This document shows, piece after piece, positions 53,130 through 64,000 of a DNA stretch of 64,000 bases. The stretch is from NCBI GenBank assembly GCA_951406725.2, contig OX597830.1, forward strand, positions 32,426,001 through 32,490,000, written 5' to 3'. The notes below the pieces were generated by a model. The model had not been told where the DNA came from. It searched no databases and saw only the letters and a list, made by a program, of their open reading frames with translations. Within the stretch, counting starts at the first letter, position 1, and every line of letters starts with the position of its first letter. A program made the translations under genes and the position numbers. Source of the stretch: Octopus vulgaris (taxonomy: Eukaryota).

Positions 53130-54355
53130 AAATAATGATTTTAAATTTTGGCCCTAAACCAGCAATTACAGGAGTGGAGATAAATCAATTGCATTGACCC
53201 CAGTGTTTGACTGGTACCTATTTTATCGTCCCTGAAAAGATGAAAGGGAAAGATGACCTCGGTGGAATTTGAACTTGGAACGTAAAGGTGAATGAAATGC
53301 TGCTAGGCATTTTGCCTAGTGTGTTAAAGATTCTGCTAGCTCCTCACCTTAAAAAATCAATATTCTTTTCTGCTCTAGGCACAAGGCCCAAAATTTTTGG
53401 GAGGGAGGCCAGTCAATTAGATCAATCCCAGTGGTGGAAGCACTCCGTCGGTTACGACGACGAGGGTTCCGGTTGATCCGATCAACGGAACAGCCTGCTC
53501 GTGAAATTAACGTGCAAGTGGCTGAGCACTCCACAGACACGTGTACCCTTAACGTAGTTCTCGGGGATATTCAGCGTGACACAGAGTGATAAGGCCGGCA
53601 CTTTGAAATACAGGTACAACAGAAACAGGAAGTAAGAGTGAGAGAAAGTTGTGGTGAAAGAGTACAGCCGGGATCACCACCATCCCTGCCGGAGCTCATG
53701 GAGCTTTAGGTGTTTTCGCTCAATAAAGACTCACAACACCCGGTCTGGGAATCGAAACCGCGATCCTACGACTGCGAGTCCGCTGCCCTAACCACTGGGC
53801 CATTGCGCCTCCATGATCAATCCCAGTACACAACTGGTACTTAATTTATCGATCCTGAAAGGATGAAGGGCAAAGTTGACCTCAGTGGAATGTAAAGACA
53901 GACGAAATACCGCTAAGCATTTCGCCCAGCATGCTAATGTTTCTGCCAGCTTGCTGACACAACAGTATCGATATTCCCTTTTGCTCTAAGCATAAGGCCC
54001 AAAATTTTTGGGGAGTGGGGGCCAGTTGATTAGATCGACCCCAGTATGCAACTGGTACTTAATTTATTGACCCTGAAAGTTGACCTCAGTAGAATTTGAA
54101 CTCAGGATGTAAAGACAGATGAAATACCTATTTCTTTACTACCCACAAGGGGCTAAACACAGAGAAGACAAACAAGGACAGACAAATGGATTAAGTCGAT
54201 TATATCGACCCCAGTGCATAACTGGTACTTATTTAATCAACCTCGAAAGGATGAAAGGCAAAATCGACCTCAGCAGAATTTGAACTCAGAATGTAAAGAC
54301 AGATGAAATACCGCTAAGCATTTCGCCCAATGTGCTAACATTTTTGCCAGCACTC
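53130..54355 (-). mobile_element. tandem cluster of SINE family B copies
   Basis: cccagt..aactggtactt..tttatcgacc.cgaaaggatgaaaggcaaagt.gacctc recurs 4 times. Confidence 0.85.
53433..53814 (-). mobile_element. young full-length tRNA-derived SINE family E (tail variant 2) with 13-bp TSD
   Basis: TSD gatcaatcccagt at 53420-53432 and 53815-53827; CpG-rich; minus-strand head ggaggcgcaatggcccagtggttagggcagcggactcgcag. Confidence 0.93.
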
Positions 54356-54733
54356 CACCACAACAATATCAATATTAACAGCACAAACACTACTGCAACT
54401 ACTACCAATACAACCACCACAACTGTTAAAAACTACCAACAACAACAACATTAAAAGCCATACCAGTAATCATCATGGACGATATGACAACCACTGGCAA
54501 AAGCCAACACTGCCACCATCACTGTAGTCAGCTGCTTTCTGTTCCTTGTTTTCATCTTCTGTCCACACACCACACACTTCATCTCCACCGATTTCATTAT
54601 TGTTTCTACCATCTCCACAACAGTGAACCTGTCCAGACACTTACCTTGCCCTTTCTACCATGCCCATCCCTCCTCCATCATTACCTTCAGCACAAACATT
54701 ATCTACAACACAAGCAGTAATCCCTATTGCCAA

Positions 54734-54897
54734 CATCATCATCATCATCATCATCATCATCCTCATCGTTATCATCGTTGTCGGCAATCATTGTCATCGT
54801 CATCATCCTCAATCTCATTATCTTGACAGTCATCATCATCATCACTATAATCGTTGTTGTCATCATCATCATTGTCAATGTCAACATTATCATTGTC

Positions 54898-54932
<35 letters not shown>

Positions 54933-55700
54933 ATGCCATTGTTGTCAATCATTGTCATTGTCAGTTATTGTCATCATCAATAATCATCATCATTGTCATC
55001 ATTGTATTTGTCAACTGTCATCATCATTGTTGTTATTATCGTCATCATTGTCGATTGCCATCATCATCATCATTGTCATCGTTGTCATCATCATCATCAC
55101 TTTCATCATCATCATCATCACCACCACCATCATCATCGTCATCATCGTCATCATCATCATCTTCATCAACACTTTCATCATCATCATCATCGTCATCATC
55201 ATCACCACCACCACCACCACCACCATCACCATCGTCATCATCGTCAATATCGTCATCATCATCATCTTCATCAACGCTTTCATCATCATCACCATCGTCA
55301 TCATCGTCATCATCATCATCACCACCACCATCACCATCACTACCATCATCATCGGCATCATCGTCATCATCATCATCATCTTCATCAACACTTTCATCAT
55401 CATCATCATCGTCATCAATGTCATTGTCATCATCATCACTACAATAACCACCACTGATACCTATACCATCAACATCACCACCAACACGAAGAAGAAGAAG
55501 AAGAACAACAACAACAACACAACCAACAACAACATCACTACAACAACCATAACAACCACTATATTCATCAGCACCATCCCTAACATCACATTACCAATGC
55601 TATCAGAAGCACCACCACCACCACCACCACCACCACCACCACGACTACCGCCACCAACACATCCACTGCCACCATCCCAATCACCATCACTACTATCACC
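54734..55700. repeat. (CAT/CGT/CAC)n compound array
   Basis: Directly visible; explains the 396-aa low-complexity ORF. Confidence 0.9.
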
Positions 55701-56090
55701 ACACCTAGGCCCCTCATTGTCTGTTTCTGTCTTGTCACCAATTCTGATTCAGCTTTCCTCCATCCTCCGTTCTTCCTTCCTCCATCCTCCATCCTCCGTT
55801 CTTCCATCCTCCATCCGACGTCCACCATTCCCCTGTTCTTCGTTGTTTCGTTGTTCGTTCTATGGTCTCCGTTCTTTGCCGATCTGCAATCAATCGTTGA
55901 AGGTAGCCAGAGGCTAATGTGTCACTTTGTTACTCTCACTACATATTCAACTTAATGCATAAATTACATTCTGGTTACAGGAAGAGTGTGGGGGGAGGGA
56001 GAGCGAGAGAGAGAGAGAGAAAGAGAAAGTGAGAGAGATTAAGAAGGGGAGAGAGAAAGAGGGTGATAGATAGATAGATAGATAGATAGG

Positions 56091-56157
<67 letters not shown>

Positions 56158-56456
56158 GAAAGAACAAAACCCAAAGAGAAACGATACAAAATATTGGATG
56201 TAGAAGTGAAAATATAAAAATGAAAAACAAAATAAAAATTAAGACAATTTTGATTATGCTACATGTGTATGTTGGTGTATGTATGTATGTATGTATGTAT
56301 GTATGTATGTATGTACGTATGTGTGTGTGTATGTATGTATATATATACACACACACATACACACATACACATGTACACACACACATACACATAAATGTAT
56401 GTATACATGTATAATTATATATTTATTGTACATACATACACTCTTAAATATATATA

Positions 56457-56496
<40 letters not shown>

Positions 56497-57340
56497 CACA
56501 CATACATATTCATAAATGAATACTCACAAATATAACTACATGTATATATAAATGCAGAAAAAGGGTGTGTAGGTGATAGAGAGGGAAAGATACACACACA
56601 TACACACACACACACACACACACAAACATACACACACACATATATATATAGAGAGAGTGAGTGAGCAAGAGAAGAGGAAACAGGTAGTAAAGGATAAGAT
56701 AGAATAGAATGAAGAGGTAAAGATAAAAAGTAAGAGAAAAAGGAGTGTTTGATGGAGAGAGGGTATACATAGATGAGAGTGTGTGGAGAACAAGGAGAGA
56801 CAGTGAATGTAGGACAGTCAAAACAAGTGGTAGGATAAGAGAAAAAGTAGGATTAAAAGTGGGTGAGAGAGGAATGAGAAGAAGAAATGATAAAGTAAAA
56901 ACTAGAGAGATGGGGGGAGGGAAAGAGAAAGTGAAAGTGAATTCTAGCTGATGCTGCTACAAGTGGGTAGCACCATTGTCGGATGGTGTGTCCACCAAAA
57001 TGCCATCTCCTCACACACCATTGATCAATACAACATCCAACAACACACCATCCAGCGACATAGCATCACATGGTATCTTGGTGGTTGACAGCTTGGAAGA
57101 TGTTCTGTTTGGAGATGGAGTGTTTGTGAATGGTTTGTATTTGGCCAGTGTGTTGGTCAGTTGAGTGGGGTTTTTTTATGCACAGGACAACAAATCATAA
57201 TTCTGGTTTTACCTTTAAAGTATTTTTAAATTTGCTGAGTCATGGTATGCAAAAATATAGAATAATTGTTATAACTTCGGGTACGATGGACAGGTGCAAA
57301 GTTCATAGGCCCACAAAGAGATTCACATGGAATGTGACCA

Positions 57341-57750
57341 GGCACAGGAGTGGCTATGTGGAAAGTAGCTAGGTGCAGGAGTGGCTGTGTGGTAAGTAGC
57401 TTGCTTACCAGCCACATTGTTCTGGGTTCAGTCCCATTGTATGGCATTTTGGGCAAGTGTCTTCTACTATAGCCTCAGGCTGACCAAAGCCCTGTGAGTG
57501 GATTTGGTAGACAGAAACTGAAAGAAGCCTGTTGTATGTGTGTGTGTGTGTCTGTATTTGTCTCCCATTGCTTGACAACATATTCTGGTATGTTTACGTC
57601 TCCGTAACTTAGCAGTTCGGCTAAAGAGTCCAATAGAATAAGTACTAGGTTTACAAAGAATAAATCCTGGGGTCAATTTGTTCAACTAAAGGTGGTGCTC
57701 CAGCATGGCTGCAGTCAAACGACTGAAAAAAATGAAAGAGTAAAAGAGTA
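57341..57750 (+). mobile_element. SINE family A with duplicated 30-bp head
   Basis: ggcacaggagtggctatgtggaaagtagct is followed by ggtgcaggagtggctgtgtggtaagtagct and then the full body. Confidence 0.9.
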
Positions 57751-57754
57751 AATG

Positions 57755-58330
57755 AGGTTTTGTAGTCCACACACTTCTTCCAACCATGTTGCCATGTTTG
57801 GATCCCACTGTTGAAGCATCTGCATCCTGTTAGTTAAAAAAGTAATTGACAGTAGATACAACATCATCATCCCTGTGATACTAGTTCCCAGCCAAGGGAT
57901 TTTTTATGTTCCAACCATGACCATCCAGATGGTAGTCAGATGGGGCCAAATCAGAAAAAATTGAGAGGGTGATCAACCAGTTCAAAGCCACAGTCAGTCA
58001 CGGCAACCATTTGAAACCAAGGACTCGTGTGCTGGAGCATTGTCCTGATGAAATGAACGAGACCCTTTTGTCAAATTACCTGGGCGTCTGGTCTTGATAA
58101 TCTTTTGTAACTGCCTCAGCAAGTTGGCATATTACTCTCCATTAATAGTGTGGCCCTTTGAAGAAAGTCAATAAACACAATGCGTTTGGCATCCCAAAGT
58201 ACTGGATATGGTTCATCAACATTGCTTCAAATGCATTGCCCAGATCAAACCCATGTGTTCTCTGAAAGTGTTCCAGTCATTCAGGACATTGTTGGGATCT
58301 GCTGTTTGTAATTCTGCATCACAATAGAAT
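57755..58330 (-). mobile_element. decayed mariner transposase
   Basis: Minus strand encodes FHQDNAPAH, DCGFELVDHP and SDLAPSDYHL. Confidence 0.88.
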
Positions 58331-58489
58331 TGGCCAATGTACATCATTCTGGGTTGTCCCGCACAGTAAGTCACATGTTCAGGGTCTACAGGAGGAGCGC
58401 ACTCGTCTTTGCTTCAGTAGCAGTGATCAGCATATCTTGTCCTTGGTATATCTTATCATCGACTGATGATATCTTTTATCTTTTATTTT

Positions 58490-58796
58490 TCTTCCTTACC
58501 TTGTTTCTTTCGTTAGACTGTGGCCATGCAGGGGCACTGTGTTAAAGAACTTTTAACCTAATGAATTGACGCTAATACTTATATCTTTTGTTTTAAACCT
58601 GGTATTTATTCTATCAGTCTCTTTTACTGAACCACTGAGTTGTAGGGACATAAATACACCAACACTGGTTGCCAAGCGGTGATGGGGACAAACACAGACA
58701 CAAAAACAGACAGACATGCATAATTACGCATACACACATACACACATACAAACACACACACACACACACACATATATAAGTATATATATATATGCG

Positions 58797-58852
<56 letters not shown>

Positions 58853-59039
58853 TTTATATGTATGTATATATATAGACACTGGAGTGGGTATATTGTAAGT
58901 AGCTTGCTTACCAACCACATGGTTCCGGGTTCAGTCCCACTGCGTGGCACCTTGGGCAAGTATCTTCCCCTTGTGAGTGGATTTTGTAGATGGAAACTGA
59001 AAGAAGCCTGTTGTACATGTGTATGTGTGTGTGTGTGTA

Positions 59040-59079
<40 letters not shown>

Positions 59080-59284
59080 TGTGTGTCTGCATTTGTCCCC
59101 CCACTATCGCTTGACTACCGATGCTGGTGTGTTTACATCCCCATAACTTTGCAGTTCTGGAAAAAGAGAGCAATAGAATATGTACTAGGCTTACAAAGAA
59201 TAAGTCCTGGGGTAGATTTGTTCAACTAAAAGTGGTGCTCTAGCATGGCTGCAATCAGATGACTGAAACAAATAAAAGAATAAA

Positions 59285-59327
<43 letters not shown>

Positions 59328-59480
59328 GATTCTTTCATTTCCATCTAGTGATTCAACTAACAAGATTTTGGTCAGCCAGAAGCTATAGAAGAAGATGCTT
59401 GCCCAATGTGCCTTGCAGTGGGACTGAACCAAGAACTAGGTGGCTCTGAAACAAACTGCTTACCACACAGCCACACCTGC
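58490..59480. mobile_element. three SINE family A copies in alternating orientation (-58490-58750, +58880-59285, -59325-59480)
   Basis: Family A motifs. Confidence 0.85.
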
Positions 59481-59711
59481 ATCTCTGTGTTGAAGATGTT
59501 CCCTTAAAGCTCTTCTTTCATTGGATGTTGTTTCCTTAATTTGTTGGGAGCAGCAAACACCATATGTGTGTAGGCCCCATCAAGTTTGCTTTTTATCTTC
59601 TTTGTCAGAGTTCATATTAATGAGGGCTCGTGGCCAACTGGCTAAGGTTTTACACTCATAATCACAAGGACATGGTTTCATTTCCTGGGTCAGGTGGTAA
59701 ATTGTGTTCTT

Positions 59712-60135
59712 CTGTCTTATGAAGAAAGGCTGAAGACGCTCGACCTTTATACTCTAGAAAAATGACGATGCCGTGGTGATCTCATTCTTGCTCACAACAT
59801 CATAAGCGGAAAGTGTAACCTCTCGAGAGAGCTGTTCTTCACTCCTGCTCCAGAGCGTCGGCTACGGGGTCACTCCGAAAAGCTGTATCTGCGACGATTT
59901 CATCTCAATCGAAGGAGAGGGGCTTTCTCTGTCCGGGTTGCAGACCCGTGGAATAAGCTGCCGGACGCGATAGTGAAGATGCCGACGACCGCTCGGTTCG
60001 AAGTCTCTCTTGACCAGAAATGGCCTGAACTCTTTGCATGAACACCACCCTGTACATAACTCCATGTCCCCCTACATGGCCTTGCTTTTTGCTTTTTGAG
60101 CCAAAAAATTAACTTGACTTAACTTAACTTAACTT
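59712..60135 (+). mobile_element. 5'-truncated CR1-clade LINE 3' end with (TAACT)n tail, inserted in a family D-like SINE
   Basis: LSYEERLKTLDLYTLEK*RCRGDLI...RLRGHSEKL...FSVRVADPWNKLP...FA* with a single internal TGA at 59763 and stop at 60039-60041; tail ttaacttgacttaacttaacttaactt. Confidence 0.93.
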
Positions 60136-60971
60136 CATCTTACATTACCCTCAGATCAATTTGAGATTTGAAACCATTTAATCATGGCTGTCAGCACTGC
60201 CCCACCCAGCCAAAACATCCACACTTCGTTACCCCCATAATCACTGTTATGAATATACCAATTACCACTCCTACTTCAACATGTACTTCACCATTATAAC
60301 TGCTGTCAATAACTACTACCAATACTACCATTGTCCTCTCTAATACTACCACTACTTTTGTCATTACCATCACCCCCACCACCATGTTTAATTGCCACTA
60401 CAGGCACCACCACCACCACCATCACCACCACCATTTATTGCCACTACAGGCACCACCACATCCACTACCCCCTTCAACACCCCACCCACACCACCACAGC
60501 CACAACCGTCACCACAGCCGTCACCATCCCCACAACCACCTCCACAGCTACCACCACAACAAGTAGCACCTCTACTCCTCTTCACCTCCAGCATCAGCAC
60601 CCTCAACCACCAACAACACCTCTACAACCACCACCACAACCATCACCACAACCACAACCACCACCACGACCACCACGATCACCACCACGACCACCACCAT
60701 CACCATCACCACTACAAACACCACCAATAACAAAATTATTAACACCTCTCACCCTTTCCACAGCTATATTACTTCAACATTGGCCTCTACAATCAACTTC
60801 TAACCCTAACCCCTAACTACATCTACACCATCCAGTTCCTCTGTATTTTGCCTTACATCCACTCAACTTCACTTAAATTCTTAACTTGATTTTAACATCT
60901 TAACAAAATTTTCTTTTCAAACTTACACGTGTATGTATGTATGTTTGTATGTATGTATGTATGTATGTATG

Positions 60972-61002
<31 letters not shown>

Positions 61003-61189
61003 GTATGTATGTGTGCATCTGTGTGTATGTATGTGCATATATACGTAAATATATGTGCATGTAGGTATATATGTATGTATTTATTTGTATTTTAATAAAG
61101 GAAATTTAGTCGCAATGTTAAAATCAAGTTAACTTCGATCTATTTATCAGTATATCCATATATATGTATGTATATAAATGTATACATAC

Positions 61190-61253
<64 letters not shown>

Positions 61254-61316
61254 ATGTATATATATGTATATATATATATATACATATATATATACATATA
61301 TGTATGTGTGTGTATG

Positions 61317-61426
<110 letters not shown>

Positions 61427-61554
61427 TCACACACATGTATATGTTAATAAATTAAGTCTTGTTGCAGTGTTAAAATGAAGTTAACATCTATTTGTCTATC
61501 TATCTATCACTCCACATGTATATGAATATACAGACATATAATGTATATGTGTGA

Positions 61555-61597
<43 letters not shown>

Positions 61598-62416
61598 TAT
61601 ATGTGTATGTATGTGTATATATATATATATGTATATCTATATATACATATATGTGTATGTATATATATGTATTTATGTATGTATGTATACACACACACAC
61701 TCATACACATACTCATATAAAAGTGTTTTTAATGTTTTTAAATATTCCTTTTTACCTTCATAATTATTACAATTTTGTGTGATTTCTTGTTATCTTTCCT
61801 TATGCACTAGTTCAAGATGCAGTCGATACAATGAATAAGAAAAAAAAGATAAACAGAAAAATATAGAAATAGAACAAAAAGTATGTAATACAAAACAAAT
61901 AAAAAGCATTCAAAATTAAAAAGCATTGATTGTTATGTGTTAACCATCACCTCCTAGTCTACTGCATCCCATCTCCAAGCCTTGACAATAAGTCAAAAGG
62001 CAAATAATATACACAAAAAGTTTACAAAAATGTGGTTAAAATACATAAGGAAACATACTGTAGAAAACAAGATAAATATACAACTAAATAAATATAGATA
62101 TATATAAACAAAAAAATAAAGTATTTGGTGTAAGATACCCTCGCAACAATACTATATTTTCAGCAGCAGCACCACCATCACCATCATTGAATGGCAATGC
62201 ATTTCACCAATCCCTATTGCTACCATTATTGTGAACACAATCTGTATTTTCTACCACCCTCAATAAATAAAGAAATAAAGATACGAAGAAGAAAAGAAAT
62301 AAAGAAGTTCAATGTAAAAATCAAAACTTTAAAGGGTAATAATCAAAACGGAAAGTGAAAGTAGAAATTTTTTTTCTTGAAATATTTAATGCTTCAGAGC
62401 ATTCATTTTCTTTGCT

Positions 62417-62622
<206 letters not shown>

Positions 62623-63570
62623 TAGTCTTTTCATTTTTTTTTGTACTTTTCTTCTTTTGGTTTATTTCCTTTTTCTGTTATTCTTTCAATTTTTTACGTT
62701 GAAAGTTTTTTTACTTGTTTGTTTTAGTTCCTGATTTGGTTTGTTTCTTGTGTGTGTGTGTTAAAATCTGAATATCATAAACTCCAAAACAATAAAAACA
62801 AAAAAAAAGAAACCATCTACCTTGCCTACTTCTTCCTGAAGTGCGAAAAATATTTATAAAATCCCCTTATGACAACATAAACTTTACTTTAGTTTGTAAG
62901 ATAAATCCTCAAAGCTATTTGATAGCGTGATAGCTGCGAAGCTATACTCAGTTGGATGTCTTAAATTCAATCAGTAGCATGTTTTTTGCCCCAAAAATTT
63001 GTCTCAAAAAATATTTTAAAAAAAAAATGAAAAAAAAGTTATAATAATGTTACAACAATAAATAGTAAAATAATGGTATTAGTTATTGTTGTAATGCTAA
63101 TAGTTGTAAAATATCTGCTATTGTATAAGTTTATGTAAATATTTTTATATTTTTGTATTGTTGTTTTTGTTATTTAGATTTTTTCATTTTTTTTTATATA
63201 TGAAATTTGCTTTCATCTTTTTTTTAGTTTTAGGTTTTATTTTGCTTTATTTTATTTTATTTTATTTTATTTTATTCCATTTTACTTTATTTTATTTTAT
63301 TTATTATTTACTATTATTTTTTTTTTTGTACGTATTCGAAACTGTCTCAAGAAACGTTTTTTGCCTAAAACTATTTATCGTAATAACATTTTAATCTTCC
63401 AATTTCATGCATGGCGTGATGTTTAATGATTATGATGATGATGATGATGAAGATGCTGATGATGATGATGATAATAACAGCAACAACAATAACAACAACA
63501 ATAAATTATAGTAACGATAATAACAACAATACAAATAGTAAATTATGACAATACTAACAATAACAATTAC

Positions 63571-63606
<36 letters not shown>

Positions 63607-63746
63607 AATAACAGCAACAACAATAACAACAACAATAAATTATAGTAATAAGGATAATAGTAATAATAAGAATAAGAATACTGATGATGATGATGATGAT
63701 AATAACAGCAACAACAACAACAACAATAATAATGATAGTAATAAGG

Positions 63747-63818
<72 letters not shown>

Positions 63819-63924
63819 TTAATAATGATGATGATGATGATGATGGTGGTGATGTTGGTAAGGAAAATAATAATGTGAATGGTTTCCTGGATATGTGGAA
63901 TACCACAGATTTATGGAGGAGGTG

Positions 63925-63999
63925 CTATTGTTGATTGAATGAGCCTGAATACTTGGCTGCTAATGGGATATAACTAACACACCACAAGGCATTTTCTTC
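63925..63999 (-). CDS. possible end of a coding exon continuing beyond the window (unidentified)
   Basis: Non-repetitive frame open from the edge: EENALWCVSYIPLAAKYSGSFNQQ*, followed by UTR-like DNA; no family recognised. Confidence 0.2.
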   Translation of the reverse strand, partial: EENALWCVSYIPLAAKYSGSFNQQ

Positions 64000-64000
64000 A

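Noticed and set aside
54727-55917. 396-aa ORF, the longest in the track
   Set aside because: Translation of (CAT/CAC)n repeats; several frames on both strands are open; no domain.
56950-57170. Possible LINE-derived fragment
   Set aside because: Looks non-random, but I could read no diagnostic protein motif or terminus.
60800-60817. Interstitial telomeric repeat (ctaaccctaacccctaac)
   Set aside because: Under three imperfect units in C/A-rich low-complexity DNA; compatible with chance.

Overview
AT-rich, microsatellite-saturated non-coding animal DNA. The retroposon families look like those I associate with octopus/coleoid genomes; this is inference from pattern recognition, not a database result. 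I find no intact protein gene: nearly all ORFs in the track are translations of di-, tri- and tetranucleotide repeats. The window is a mosaic of at least four tRNA-derived SINE families, (GAT)n-tailed RTE-type LINE 3' ends, two CR1-type LINE 3' fragments, several Tc1/mariner relics, hAT-, piggyBac- and Tigger-like MITEs, one non-autonomous Helitron, and short unique islands with homeodomain-type motifs. The most notable observations are: (1) about six minimal type-I hammerhead ribozyme motifs from several unrelated families, two inside inverted-repeat structures typical of Penelope-like elements; (2) a tRNA-Asp pseudogene fused to a SINE 3' tail; (3) an unexplained 123-bp, ~72% GC structured insert; (4) SINEs sharing a head but with different tails; (5) long foldback and inverted-repeat structures; (6) a possible terminal coding exon at the right edge on the minus strand.
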